Assembly: GCA_963787255.1 (NCBI GenBank)
Contig: CAWBCJ010000001.1
Location: forward strand, 19,540 to 83,539
Source of the DNA: Methanobacteriota archaeon
GTDB lineage: Archaea > Methanobacteriota > Methanobacteria > Methanobacteriales > Methanobacteriaceae
Length of the DNA stretch: 64,000 nt
Direction: 5' to 3'
Made by a program: the position numbers and the translations under genes. Shown here piece after piece: positions 27,497 to 38,781 of the stretch (position 1 is its first letter; every line of letters begins with the position of its first letter). The notes under the pieces were generated by a model. It searched no databases and was not told where the DNA came from. It saw nothing but the letters and a program-made list of their open reading frames with translations.

Positions 27497-29315
27497 TTAA
27501 TAAACACGCTCCTGGGGTTGGAACATTCCCAATTTAACAGGACTAAAAGAAATATCAATATCTCCATCCTGTAAATTGTAAATAGTATGTTTTAAGAAAT
27601 GCTGATCATCACGCCCTGGATAATCGGTCCGTGTATGTGAACCTCGGCTTTCTTCTCTTTTAAGGGCGCCTCTAGCAACCACTTCAGCAAGTTGAACCAT
27701 GTTTTCAAGTTCAAAAAATTGGAGGAGCGCCTGATTTACACGTCGCTCTTTATTACCTATAGAGATTTGCGAAATATTTTTCTTTATTTTTTTAATTTCT
27801 GAAAGTCCTTCATTCATCTTCTCTTTATCGCGAAATATGCCAAATTTATCGAACATCATCTGTGTCATTGCATCTCTCATGCTGAAGAGATGTTCTCCTT
27901 CTTTTCTTTCAAGTATCTGCCTGATTTTTACATTCAATCTCCTTGCATTGCAATTTTTATTGGTTCTAATTCGGGCCTTGGAACATTCTGTATATCTTCA
28001 ATAATTTTATCGGCCACCATTCGTCCGAAGACCACCGTTTCTAGGAGTGAATTTCCACCAAGCCGATTTGCTCCATGAACACTAATACAAGAACATTCGC
28101 CAGCAGCATATAATCCTGTAAGTGATGTTAATCCATTAATATCTACATCTATTCCACCCATAGAGTAATGTTGGCCTGGTTGAACCGGTATAGGATCCTG
28201 TATTATATCTACACCTGCAAAATCCATAGCAATCTGCCTTATTCCCGGCAACCGTTCCATAATACGATCAGCACCTAGATGGCGAAGATCAAGATGAACA
28301 TAACCACCCGGATAACCCCGGCCTTCTGCAATTTCTTGGATGATTGCACGTGCTACAACATCCCTGGGAGCTAGATCCATAGAATTAGGAGCATAGCGTT
28401 CCATGAAACGTTCCTCGTTACAATTAACTAAAATTCCGCCTTCGCCTCTGGCTGCTTCACTTATCAGGATGTTAGTTCCGTAAAGTGTTGTAGGATGGAA
28501 CTGGACAAATTCCATATCTTTAAGTGAGGCTCCTGCTTGAAGTGCGAGTGCCTGGCCATCACCAGTATTAATTAACGCATTTGTGGACTTGCTAAAGAGT
28601 CTCCCAAACCCTCCCGTTGCCATTAAAACCGCCTTTGAAACAAACCCATGAATCTGTCCAGTCATGATTTCAATAGCAGTACATCCAATACAATGTCCAT
28701 TGTCATTTACTAGTGATGTTACAAAAAATTCCTCATAAACCGGGATATTATTATCCTGTACGTTTTCATAGAGTGTATGAAGCGCGTTGTGCCCAGTACG
28801 GTCCGCTGCGTAGCATGTTCTGGGAAATCCTGCACCTCCAAAGGGACGCTGCGCAATTTTCCCATTTTCTAGTCTTGACCAAACGGTTCCCATATGTTCC
28901 AATTCGAAGACCGATAGGGGAGCTTCACGACACATACATGCAACAGCATCTTGATCTGCTAGATAATCCGATCCCTTTACCGTATCATATGCATGCGCTT
29001 CCCAACTATCACTAGTGCCTTCTTCACCGGAACGTTTCCTAGAGAGGCATTCATACCGCCTTGAGCTGCAACAGAATGGGATCGCAATGGATGAACTTTG
29101 GTAACTACCGCTCCATTTAGACCGGCATTTGAAACTTGCAAAGCAGCTCGAAGTCCAGTTAAACCTCCTCCAATTATAATTACATCATGATAATGAATCA
29201 ATGATAAAACAGGGTCATCCGGAGTTGAAGATGTGATTTTGGTTTCTTTTAATGATGGATCTTCTGATTTTTTTAATTTAGAAGAAGATGCTAATTTACT
29301 TTTTAAAAGTGCCAT
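27497..29315 (-). pseudogene. Succinate dehydrogenase/fumarate reductase flavoprotein subunit (SdhA/FrdA/TfrA type), two frame changes
   Basis: FAD motif [16 protein letters not shown], plus [16 protein letters not shown]. After a frame change it reads [28 protein letters not shown]...HPTTLYG...RGEGG...[23 protein letters not shown]. The C-terminal domain (ORF 27497-27937) is in another frame, overlapping by 4 nt. Confidence 0.8.
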
Positions 29316-29469
29316 TTCCACTTAATCACCTAATTATATTATTTATTATTTAAAAAATATTAATTTATTGAATTTTTTTATCATTTAAATTTAAATTATC
29401 GTACGATCATAATATATAGTAAGAACAGATGCAATCTTATTAAAAATTATAAATCCTGGAGGCATTACT

Positions 29470-31224
29470 ATGGCCAAGTACCGATGCACAGTTATGTAAC
29501 TATGTTTATGATGAAGAAAAAATGGGCACAAAATTCGATGAACTACCAGATAACTGGAGATGCCCAGTCTGCAATTCTCCAAAAAGCGTATTCATAAAAC
29601 TAGATACAGAAGAATTCATACCTGCAGAAAGTACAGTTTCAGACATTATGATCGAACAAATGGCCGAATGGGGCGTTAAATACGTTTTCGGAATCCCCGG
29701 CACATCCACACTAGGCGTAATCGATGCTATTAGAAAAAATGAAAAAATAAAGTATATACAAGTAAGAAATGAACAAACAGCAGCATTTATGGCATCAGCC
29801 TACGGCAAACTCACCGGACACGTAGCCGCATGCCTAACCGTAGCAGGACCCGGAGCAACAAACCTCACCACAGGACTATACGATGCTAAACTTAGATCAC
29901 GCACCCGTACTAGCATTAACAGGCCAAGTAGAAAGACATAGAATTGGTACAGGCGCCACTCAAGAAATCGACCAGCATTCCTTCTTTGAACCCATATGCG
30001 TCTATAACAAAACAATTATGTCTAAAGAACAGTCCACAATTCTAATTACTAAAGGCATTAAACATGCCCTAATGGAAAGAGGAGTAGCCCGCATAGGAAT
30101 ACCCAACGACATACAAAAATTACCCTATAAAACTAAAATTAAGGCTTTTGAAGGTAATCTTGCCAACCTAGCCGTATTACAATCCCGAACATACCTCATA
30201 AATGCAGTGCAAGTAATCGATAACTCTAAAAGACCGGTAATAATAGCAGGATTTGGAGGTATAAGGCAAGGAGACAACATAATTGAGTTTGCAGAGAAAA
30301 TAACCGCACCCATTGTCACAACATTCAGGGGAAAGGGAGTAGTAGATGAAGATCATCCCCTCTACATGGGAAGTCATGGAGCTATAGGATCTACAGACTG
30401 CCTCCGAACTTGTGCAAAAATCAGACCTCTTAATAGTTATAGGTTCCTCATTTTCAGACCAAACAATGATTCCCAAAAAAAAGATAATACAAATAGATAT
30501 TGATCCAATAATGATCGCTAAAAATTATCCCGTTGAAGTAGGACTACTAGGAAACAGTGCAGAAATCATTCAAGAACTATTAAGCCTGGTAAAAGAGCGT
30601 AAAGACAATAATTACCGCGAAGAAATGAAAAAATTAAAACAAGAATGGATAAAATTACTAGAAGAAGAAATAGACGCCGACAAAACGCCAATAAGGCCCC
30701 AATACATTATTAAAACACTTAATCAACGTTTGGATGATGATGCCATAATCGCTTTGGATGTAGGAGAAAATGCATGGTGGTTTGGCCGTAACTTCTGGAT
30801 GACCAAAAAACAGGAAGTGTTATTGTCTGGTTATCTGGGATCTATGGGATTTGGTCTTCCCGCTGCAATGGCAGCACAACTTACATATCCAGATCGCCAG
30901 GTAGCATGTATAACTGGAGATGGTGGTTTTGTAATGGTTATGGGAGATTTTTTAACGGCTGTAAAATATGAACTTCCTATAAAAATATTTTTACTAAATA
31001 ATAAGCAACTAGGAATGATCATGCAAGAACAAAAAGTTGAAAACTACCCTAATTGGCAGACAGAACTCCATAACTGTGAATTTTCAAAATATGCAGAAAA
31101 CTGCGGCGGTGTCGGAATAAAAGTTGAAAAAGCAGAAGAATTAGAAGAAGCAGTCGATGAAGCACTTAAACTAAAAAAACCAGTTATAGTAGATATTAAT
31201 ACTGATCCCCAGAGATTTTTATAA
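29470..31224 (+). pseudogene. Rubredoxin domain fused to a thiamine-diphosphate enzyme of the pyruvate oxidase/acetolactate synthase family; three frame changes
   Basis: MAKYRCTV then [33 protein letters not shown] (rubredoxin CxxC...CxxC). Next comes the TPP N-domain ([13 protein letters not shown]...[19 protein letters not shown]), the middle domain, and the TPP-binding motif GSMGFGLPAAMAA...ITGDGGFVMVMGDFLTAVKYELPIKIFLLNN. The frame can be restored by deleting single A residues at 29494, 29894 and 30396. Confidence 0.75.
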
Positions 31225-31270
31225 AAAAAGAAATCTAAATCATTTTTTGTGGGATAAAGGAGTGATTATA

Positions 31271-31570
31271 ATGATGGATAAATTCGAGGAAAAACTTAAT
31301 GAACTGGCACAAATGAGTGAAGAAGATAAGAATAGATCTCTAGAAGAAATTAAAGGAGATTGTGTATGTCCAATTTGCCCAACTTACAATGAATGTGCAG
31401 AAAAAGCCGATGAACTAATATTCTGTATAATGGGAAAAAGTAAAAATTGTATTAGTGAAGAAAGAAGTTGTATGTGTCCTAGTTGCCCCTTTGGACAAAA
31501 GCATGGAATTGGAGTTAAATATAATTTCTATTGCATACGTGATTCAGAAATGGAACAACGAAAAAAATAA
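31271..31570 (+). CDS. Cysteine-rich small protein, DUF2769-like, with an N-terminal helical extension
   Basis: Contains CVCPICPTYNEC...FC...C...CMCPSCP...YC. This is the same Cys spacing as the three downstream paralogues. SD AAGGAGTGAT lies before the ATG at 31271. Confidence 0.6.
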   Translation: MMDKFEEKLNELAQMSEEDKNRSLEEIKGDCVCPICPTYNECAEKADELIFCIMGKSKNCISEERSCMCPSCPFGQKHGIGVKYNFYCIRDSEMEQRKK

Positions 31571-31740
31571 TATGACTTAAATAGCCAATACTAAATTCTT
31601 CTATTTGAGCTGATTAGATAAATTAACTAGTCAGCTCTTAAACTAATTATAAAATAGTATTATTTAGCTTACTGTTAAACAATCCAAAGTATAATTAAAA
31701 TGCAATTTAAGTATTAATAATGTCTGTTACTTCCCACTTT

Positions 31741-31986
31741 TTATTCTAATATGTTTTCTTCTTGAAATTTTCCATTTAGTTTTTTTCCTGCTTCATATTT
31801 TGCTCTTTTTAATCCTTTTTGTAATTCAAGACTTGCATTTAGATGATCTGCCATTAATTCCCTTGCTAATTCTTCATTATTAAGTTCTTCATCTGTAGTA
31901 TATCCAATAATAGCTAATAATGATTCTTGCCAATCGTTATATTCTTTTGTATCTTCAAACTCTGTTGTTATGTTATCATTACTCAT
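31741..31986 (-). CDS. Hypothetical acidic small protein
   Basis: ORF with normal composition (MSNDNITTEFEDTKEYNDWQESLLAIIGY...). No motif recognised. Confidence 0.35.
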   Translation of the reverse strand: MSNDNITTEFEDTKEYNDWQESLLAIIGYTTDEELNNEELARELMADHLNASLELQKGLKRAKYEAGKKLNGKFQEENILE

Positions 31987-32113
31987 AAATAATACACGCT
32001 CCATACATTATATTCTAAAAAAATACTTTTCTTATTCATTCCTTAAACCTTTATCCACTAACCTGCAAATAGATAAATAACATTACTCCCCGTAATAGAG
32101 CCATTCTCACCAT

Positions 32114-32494
32114 TCATAGTCCTATCAGGCATTGTATTTCTTCTTTTTCTACAGATATTTCATTAACTCTCTTTGGAGTTTTCTCTGGAATTCTGTTATT
32201 GAATGAGCTTAAGCGTGTTTGTACATCAAATTTAATAAGGAGGTCCATGTCTTCTTGTATGAGTTTTATCCAGTCTTCTATGTGTTCTAAATCCATTGTG
32301 GGGTTGGGGGTTGAGCTTGGATTTAGAGAATCCTCTATTATATGTTTAACAACATTTAGGCTTTGGAAGGTTTCGTTATAGAATTTATCAAATTCTTTGA
32401 AGGGGAAGATGATTAGATCTTCATTTTTTTGGAATACTCCGGGATTGTAGAAGACTGTTTCATTATCCTGGTATTTTATGACACTTAATCTCAT
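32114..32494 (-). CDS. Hypothetical protein
   Basis: SD AAGGAGGT lies before the internal Met (MRLSVIKYQDNETVFYNPG...). No motif recognised. Confidence 0.4.
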   Translation of the reverse strand: MRLSVIKYQDNETVFYNPGVFQKNEDLIIFPFKEFDKFYNETFQSLNVVKHIIEDSLNPSSTPNPTMDLEHIEDWIKLIQEDMDLLIKFDVQTRLSSFNNRIPEKTPKRVNEISVEKEEIQCLIGL

Positions 32495-32644
32495 ACTAAT
32501 TTGGACCTCCTTATTAGGTGATGTCAATCCATTATATTGAAACTAATTATTGGTAGTGGTTGTGGTAGAGAGCGTGTGAAATCTAATACTATTTCATGAA
32601 GTGTTATAAGAAGATATAAATACTTTAAAAGTAATAAATTAACT

Positions 32645-32709
32645 AGAATGAGTGTTACAATTCCATAGTATTTGTCCATGGGAAAGGATCTCTTGGACGC
32701 CTCCTTTTT
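32645..32709 (+). ncRNA. Second copy of the candidate small RNA / structured leader
   Basis: TATA-like TATAAATA at 32615-32622. Hairpin GTCCAtGGGA-aagga-TCTCtTGGAC at 32674-32698, then GCCTCC and T5 (32699-32709). The promoter block 32611-32640 matches 24091-24120 at 25 of 30 positions without gaps. Confidence 0.35.
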
Positions 32710-32919
32710 ACAATATTTTTTGCCAATTCCCTAAAAGGTAATCTATAAAATGAATTATTCTCCTTATTTTGGCATGTTAATTTGCTAGTTACAACTGTTT
32801 TAGCCCCAGAAAGCCTGTAATAATATAAGACAGATATTATGAATGTAAATTAACCTTAAAATAGTACTAAAATTATATTACTTATTACTAATAAATTATA
32901 TAATAATTAGGTGTTTTAA

Positions 32920-33150
32920 ATGGATAAAAAAAATGTACCAGATACAAAAGAAAACGCCAGTAAATGCCTCTGTCCAAGCTGTCCCACATATAATGAATGC
33001 ATGGATAATAATAACGAGCATCTCTACTGTTCCCGTGGAAATACTGAATGTAAATTCGATTTGATACATTGTCTTTGCGGAGAATGTCCCGTATGGAAAG
33101 AATACGGAATAAAAAGCTTTTACTACTGCAAAAGTCCATTTAAACTATAA
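32920..33150 (+). CDS. Cysteine-rich small protein, DUF2769-like (paralogue 1 of 3 in tandem)
   Basis: The sequence is KCLCPSCPTYNECMDNNNEHLYCSRGNTECKFDLIHCLCGECPVWKEYGIKSFYYC. Confidence 0.65.
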   Translation: MDKKNVPDTKENASKCLCPSCPTYNECMDNNNEHLYCSRGNTECKFDLIHCLCGECPVWKEYGIKSFYYCKSPFKL

Positions 33151-33206
33151 AAATATTGAATTTTAGAGTTAAATATCGATTTAAAATAAATAAAGGTGGA
33201 TTAATA

Positions 33207-33437
33207 ATGAATGAAATAGTTCCAAATATAGATAAAAATGCAGAAAGATGTCTTTGCCCCGAATGTCCAACTCATAATGAATGCATGAAGAGCAATAAAG
33301 AGAAATTTTTCTGTTCTCGTGGAAATACTGAATGCGATATTGAAAAGCATGGATGTTTGTGTGGTAGTTGTCCAGTGTGGGCTGAATATGGACTGGATGA
33401 TTGGTACTATTGTGAAATAGGACCTGCCCAAAAATAA
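33207..33437 (+). CDS. Cysteine-rich small protein, DUF2769-like (paralogue 2)
   Basis: The sequence is RCLCPECPTHNECMKSNKEKFFCSRGNTECDIEKHGCLCGSCPVWAEYGLDDWYYC. SD AAAGGTGGA lies before the ATG at 33207. Confidence 0.65.
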   Translation: MNEIVPNIDKNAERCLCPECPTHNECMKSNKEKFFCSRGNTECDIEKHGCLCGSCPVWAEYGLDDWYYCEIGPAQK

Positions 33438-33478
33438 AAACATTATATTATTATAAAATTTTTTTGGGGATGATTAAA

Positions 33479-33742
33479 ATGAGCGAAAAAAAAGTTGTGC
33501 CAGATACAAAAGAAAATGCTGATAGATGCCGCTGTCCCCAGTGTCCGGTATATAATGAATGCATGAAGGACAATGAAGAGAAATTTTTCTGTTCTCGTGG
33601 AAGTTCCGGATGCAGTTTTGAAAAAAGGGGATGTTTGTGTCTGCATTGTCCCAATGAAATTGAGTATAGGCTGAATAGTTTTGTTTACTGTGAAAAAGGT
33701 GCTGCTACAGAAAAGAATGTTGCTACTAAAACTTTAAAATAA
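33479..33742 (+). CDS. Cysteine-rich small protein, DUF2769-like (paralogue 3)
   Basis: The sequence is RCRCPQCPVYNECMKDNEEKFFCSRGSSGCSFEKRGCLCLHCPNEIEYRLNSFVYC. Confidence 0.65.
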   Translation: MSEKKVVPDTKENADRCRCPQCPVYNECMKDNEEKFFCSRGSSGCSFEKRGCLCLHCPNEIEYRLNSFVYCEKGAATEKNVATKTLK

Positions 33743-33830
33743 ATATTTTTTTTTATTAATTTTTTCAAAATATATATTAACTTTTGTCTACATAAAAATA
33801 ATAAAATATAAAAACTGGAGGTAATCTAAT

Positions 33831-34250
33831 ATGGCCAAAGGAGATGTTTATAAAGTTTTAACAGAAGATCACGAAAATGTTAAGGAATTATTAAGGGAGA
33901 CAATTGAAACTGGAAATACTTCTAAATTTCCAGAATTAAAAAAACAATTAGAAGCACATATGACCGGTGAAGAAAGCTTCCTATATCCGCCAATGGAATT
34001 TGTAGAAGAAGAAATGGTTAAAAAGAATAGATATGAACATGAACTCGTCTGGGGAAAGCTTTTATATTTGGATAATTCCCAAGGTGATAAAGATTGGATG
34101 ATGAATCTAAAAGAACTTAACGATATAATTTTAAAACATGTCGAACGTGAAGAAAATGCACTTTTCCCTAAAGCATCTGAAGTATTAAGTGCAGAAGCAG
34201 AAGAAGACATTATGAAATTAATAGAAGAAACAAAAGCAGAAAACATCTAA
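33831..34250 (+). CDS. Hemerythrin-like (HHE cation-binding) domain protein
   Basis: H/E ligand pattern: EDHENVKELL, EAHMTGEE, YEHELV, KHVEREENALFP. Confidence 0.7.
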   Translation: MAKGDVYKVLTEDHENVKELLRETIETGNTSKFPELKKQLEAHMTGEESFLYPPMEFVEEEMVKKNRYEHELVWGKLLYLDNSQGDKDWMMNLKELNDIILKHVEREENALFPKASEVLSAEAEEDIMKLIEETKAENI

Positions 34251-34465
34251 AAACATATAATCATTTTTTTTAAGCAACATAGAATAAATTTAATCTTCTT
34301 TTTTTTTCATCCCACAAAAAAGAGTAATTCAAAAAAAATGGGCATTAACTTAGTTACCACACATATATCCACAATTAGCGTCAAAGAATTATATTATAAT
34401 CTTAATAATCCCCTTTGAACCCCATTTTATTTTATCAAACCATTCAACCTAAATATTCCACCATT

Positions 34466-35023
34466 TTATTGGAATATTTGAGAACTAAATTTATAAATTT
34501 TAACGTCTGGATAAATCCAGCAATCGGCCGTAAGACCCGCTTTTACACATGTATTGTATAAAAACTCCTCAACATTCCATCCCCATTCTACAGCAACTTG
34601 AGGTAATAAAAGACCTTTGTAAGGCCCTCTTTCTATAATCAGCCCATCTTCACCTATTTTAATCTTTTCCATATATTCTTCAGGCTTTTTAGCTTCTATA
34701 AGCACCGGTTTAGTAAGTACACTAACTTCTATTTCAAGATCATCCAACTCATTAATCGTTACAGGTGAAAATCGCGGATCATTAACTGCTGCAGAGATAG
34801 CAACATCAATCACAGCTTTAACCAGAGGTTCTATAGGTTCTGGATATCCTATACATCCCCTGAGCAGACCATCTTTATTAAGAGTTACAAATACGCCCAA
34901 TTCTTCCTTTAAACTATCGGGTGTGTTTTCAGGAACTTTCAATTTCTTTTTTTCTTTAATAAAAGTTTCAATAGTTTCCCGTGCAAGTTTTACCAAAAAT
35001 TTTCCATCTTCTTCAGACAACAT
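34466..35023 (-). CDS. AMMECR1 domain protein
   Basis: Contains [21 protein letters not shown] and DPRF, with 185 aa typical of archaeal AMMECR1. Confidence 0.85.
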   Translation of the reverse strand: MLSEEDGKFLVKLARETIETFIKEKKKLKVPENTPDSLKEELGVFVTLNKDGLLRGCIGYPEPIEPLVKAVIDVAISAAVNDPRFSPVTINELDDLEIEVSVLTKPVLIEAKKPEEYMEKIKIGEDGLIIERGPYKGLLLPQVAVEWGWNVEEFLYNTCVKAGLTADCWIYPDVKIYKFSSQIFQ

Positions 35024-35106
35024 AAATAACGTTTACCCCTATTCTTTTTTTTCTAATTAAATTCAAGCTTTATAAATCCGTTTAAATAACACGAAATATA
35101 TCTTTT

Positions 35107-36480
35107 TTACATTACGCCGCCGACTGTTGCTTCGCTAACCCTTATATGCGGCCCCCCATCTCCAACTGGAGCTGTTTGACCTCCTTTACCACAGAATCCA
35201 ATGCCCATTTTAAAGTCACTGCCTACTGCATCAACATGATTAAGAATTTCAAGAATATTTCCAGACAATGAAACATCCCTTAAAGGTGCTTTAATTTCAC
35301 CATTTTCTACTATAAACGATTCTGCAGCATTGAATTGGAATATACCCTTCCCAGTATCTACCTGCCCACCGCGGGAGCCTTTAAGATAAATTCCATCTTT
35401 AATATCTTCAATTATTTCTTCAAATTCTAAATTTCCAGGTTTAAGGTAAGTATTACTCATTCTTACAATAGGCTGATCACCCACCTTGGATCGGGCATTT
35501 CCTGATGAAGACATCCCAAATTTCGCTGCAGTCTCTCTTGAACTTAAAAGAGATATTAATTTACCATTTTCTACAAGCACGTTTTCAGCGGTCCCCACTC
35601 CTTCAGCATCATATGCATAATATCCAAAGGCATCCATACTAGCATCATCAATAATAGTTACGAGATTTGATCCAATTTGAGTTCCCATTTTACCTTTAAG
35701 TATTGAATCATTTTGTAAAATTAGATCAGCTTCAGATGCATGGCCTAATGCTTCATGAATAAATACTCCAGTAAGTTCTGGATCCATTATCACGGGAAAC
35801 TTTCCTGAAGGTGGAGAAGTTGCATTTAATAATCGGACAGCCTTCTCTGCTGCTTTTCTTCCAAATTTTTCAATATCTTCTTTTTGAAGCACTTCAAATC
35901 CGCGTGCTCCTCCAGTACTACCGTGTCCAAATTGAATTACATTTTCATTTGATGCTACTGCATTTAGAAACATTCCCACTCTTGATTCTTCGCTGGTAAT
36001 TGAAGTTCCTTCAGTGCTTAAAAATGCTCCAATTCCTTCTGCATCAACATAGCTAACGGTAGTGCTCACAATTTTTTCAATTGTTGCTGCATGATTAGCT
36101 TCAGTCATGATTTCCTTCTTATCTTCAATAGAAACATTCGAAGGGATTATTTTAGCCTTTGATTTAACTTTATCTACTCGTGGTTCAATAGCAGCAAGTT
36201 CAACATCACTTTTAAGGGAGTTAACCAGTTTAAGCGCAGTTTCCACCATTTCATCCATTTTAGAAACTTGAGTTGTAAATGCTGATCCCCATGCACCGTC
36301 TTTTAATATTCTGATAGCACTTCCAAAATCAGATCCTGACCTAATTTCTTGAATTTTCCCATCTTTCATTATAATAGATGTATTTTGGCTATCGCTTACT
36401 CTTATATCTGCATAATCCACTTTATTCTCAATTTTTGTCAGCATTGATTGAAATAAGTCAAGATCAATTTGATTTGTCAT
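35107..36480 (-). CDS. TldD/PmbA-family metalloprotease
   Basis: 457 aa. Contains [12 protein letters not shown] (HExxxH-type) and a glycine-rich C-terminal beta domain. Confidence 0.85.
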   Translation of the reverse strand: MTNQIDLDLFQSMLTKIENKVDYADIRVSDSQNTSIIMKDGKIQEIRSGSDFGSAIRILKDGAWGSAFTTQVSKMDEMVETALKLVNSLKSDVELAAIEPRVDKVKSKAKIIPSNVSIEDKKEIMTEANHAATIEKIVSTTVSYVDAEGIGAFLSTEGTSITSEESRVGMFLNAVASNENVIQFGHGSTGGARGFEVLQKEDIEKFGRKAAEKAVRLLNATSPPSGKFPVIMDPELTGVFIHEALGHASEADLILQNDSILKGKMGTQIGSNLVTIIDDASMDAFGYYAYDAEGVGTAENVLVENGKLISLLSSRETAAKFGMSSSGNARSKVGDQPIVRMSNTYLKPGNLEFEEIIEDIKDGIYLKGSRGGQVDTGKGIFQFNAAESFIVENGEIKAPLRDVSLSGNILEILNHVDAVGSDFKMGIGFCGKGGQTAPVGDGGPHIRVSEATVGGVM

Positions 36481-36819
36481 AATAATCTCCCTTTTTTTAG
36501 CTCAAATGTTAATCAATTATTATAATTTTTCAGCCATTTTTAAAACAGTAATATTCTTTTATACTAAATATGATCTTAATGCAATATAAATCGTTTATAA
36601 GACTTTTTTCATAAACTGACCACAAAGGTAATACATCTTGAAATTCACGTTAATTTATCTAGTTATAGTTATAATATTAAATTAGCTAGCACGGCAATTT
36701 AATGCAGTATATACATATAGTTAAGTAAAAATTATATAATTAGAAATGATATTAATATAAATTTAAAGATAATAATATTTAATTATTTTTTTTGGAAATA
36801 CGGCACCGGAAGTGAATAA

Positions 36820-38374
36820 ATGAAGACAATTAAAGAGATTAACCAGAAAATCAAGGATGGAGATGCTATTGTTTTAACTGCTGCAGAGATGACACAGTAT
36901 GTTGAAGAAAATGGACTTAAAAAAGCAGCAGATGAAGTAGATGTTGTAACAACTGGAACATTTGGTGCTATGTGTTCTTCAGGTGCATTTTTAAATTTCG
37001 GTCATTCTGATCCTCCAATAAAAATGAACAAAACCTTCTTAAACAATGTTGAGGCATACTCTGGCCTTGCTGCAGTGGATGCATATATAGGGGCCACCCA
37101 ATTAAACAAAAACCCACAAATAGGCATGGATTATGGTGGTGCTCATCTAATTGAAGACCTTATCCAAGGAAAGGAAATTGAATTAGTAGTAGAATCTTAT
37201 GGAACTGATTGTTATCCTGCTAAGGAAATAGAGACTATTATTGATATTGATAGTTTAAATCATGCCACCATGATAAACCCACGAAACTGTTATCAAAATT
37301 ATGCTGTTGCCACCAATTCAACTGATGAAACTCTTTATACTTATATGGGAACACTTCTTCCTAATTTTGGAAATGTAAGCTACTCAAGCGCAGGACAACT
37401 AAGCCCTCTTCTAAATGATCCCTACTTCGAAACAATAGGTCTGGGAACAAGAATATTCCTTTGCGGAGGCGAAGGATACATCATAGGCGAAGGAACACAA
37501 CATTCTACAGAAGTTGAACGGCGAAATGGAGTGCCTGTAGGTCCTGCGGGGACCTTAATGCTCATGGGTGACATGAAAAAGATGAACAGTGAATTCGTTA
37601 GGGGTGCAACTATGCAAAAATATGGCCCAACACTTTATGTTGGAGCGGGAATACCCATTCCAATTTTAAATGAAGAAATAGCTAAACGAACCGCGATAAG
37701 TGATGAAGATATAACTTGTCGAATTTTTGATTATGGAGTACCACAGACGTAGCCGTCCTGTTTTAAAAGAAACCAATTATAAAGAATTGAAAACTGGAAA
37801 AATCGAAATTAACGGTATTGAAATAAAAACATCACCACTTTCATCCTATAAAAAAGCCGAAGAAGTGGCAGATGAACTTAAAAGCTGGATAAACCAGGGT
37901 AAATTCTTCCTTACAGAACCGGTTAATCATATACCTTCTAAAGGTTACACAGTTAATCCTCTTGAAATTAAGAAACCGTCTGTCCTTGTAAAAGACATTG
38001 AAAGCAAACCAGTTATAATTTCTTACCCTACAGATGAAATAAGCGACGTTGCCAAAAAACTAGTAGAAAATCAGATAAACCATCTACCTGTTGTAGATAA
38101 TGAAGGTAAACTTATGGGTATTGTAACCTCATGGGACATAGCCAATGCTGTTGCCAAAGGTAGAGTGAAATTAAAAGATGTTATGACAAAAAAGGTGGTA
38201 ATCGCAAGAGAAGATGAACCTGTGGACGTTATAGCTCGAAGAATTGATAAATACGAAATTTCTGGACTACCTATTGTTGATAAGGATAATAAAGTGAAAG
38301 GAATGATTACAGCAGAAGATATTTCCAGGTTAATCGGTGAAAATACAAAAAATAATGATGAGGTGTCTGTATGA
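36820..38374 (+). pseudogene. Homocysteine-biosynthesis protein (COG1900/DUF39 domain + CBS pair), single frame change at ~37745-37760
   Basis: The COG1900-type N-domain ends ...[11 protein letters not shown]. The overlapping frame continues [15 protein letters not shown]..., then two CBS motifs ([40 protein letters not shown]). Deleting A37757 restores one frame. This may be a sequencing error. Confidence 0.75.
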
Positions 38375-38757
38375 GAGCATGGTTAAAGTTTTCACCAGAT
38401 ATAGTCAATAAATCAATAATTTCAGATGCAATGAAAAGATATAATATCACATTTAACATATTAAGGGCAGATATAACTCCAAAGGGTGGTAAAGCCCTCA
38501 TCGAACTTGAAGGTGAGGAAGTAGATAAAGGTATTAAATATATGGAAAGTAAGGGAATACAGGTAAATTCAATCCAAAAAGTCTTAAAAAGAGATGAAGA
38601 AAAATGTGTAGATTGTGGTGCATGTGTTTCATTATGTCCAGTTAAAGCAATTTGCATCAAAGAAGACTGGAGCATTGGAATAGATAATGAATTATGTATT
38701 GGCTGCGGATTCTGCACTGGTTCTTGCCCTATGAAAGCCATAACCATTGTGGAATAA
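38371..38757 (+). CDS. NIL-domain + 2x[4Fe-4S] ferredoxin protein (partner of the COG1900 protein)
   Basis: The N-terminal NIL-like region ([32 protein letters not shown]) is followed by [12 protein letters not shown] and [12 protein letters not shown]. Its start overlaps the previous stop. Confidence 0.75.
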   Translation: MRAWLKFSPDIVNKSIISDAMKRYNITFNILRADITPKGGKALIELEGEEVDKGIKYMESKGIQVNSIQKVLKRDEEKCVDCGACVSLCPVKAICIKEDWSIGIDNELCIGCGFCTGSCPMKAITIVE

Positions 38758-38781
38758 AAAACAACCTTTTTCCCCTTCTTT

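Noticed and set aside
27934-27937. Possibility that the sdhA C-terminal domain (27497-27937) is a naturally separate gene with ATGA overlap
   Set aside because: Flavoprotein subunits of this family are single polypeptides. The neighbouring genes show multiple unrelated lesions, so a frame change is the simpler reading. A natural split cannot be fully excluded without orthologues.
36481-36819. SAM-type riboswitch or other leader upstream of the homocysteine genes
   Set aside because: The 339-bp intergenic region is almost pure AT with no stable conserved stems visible.
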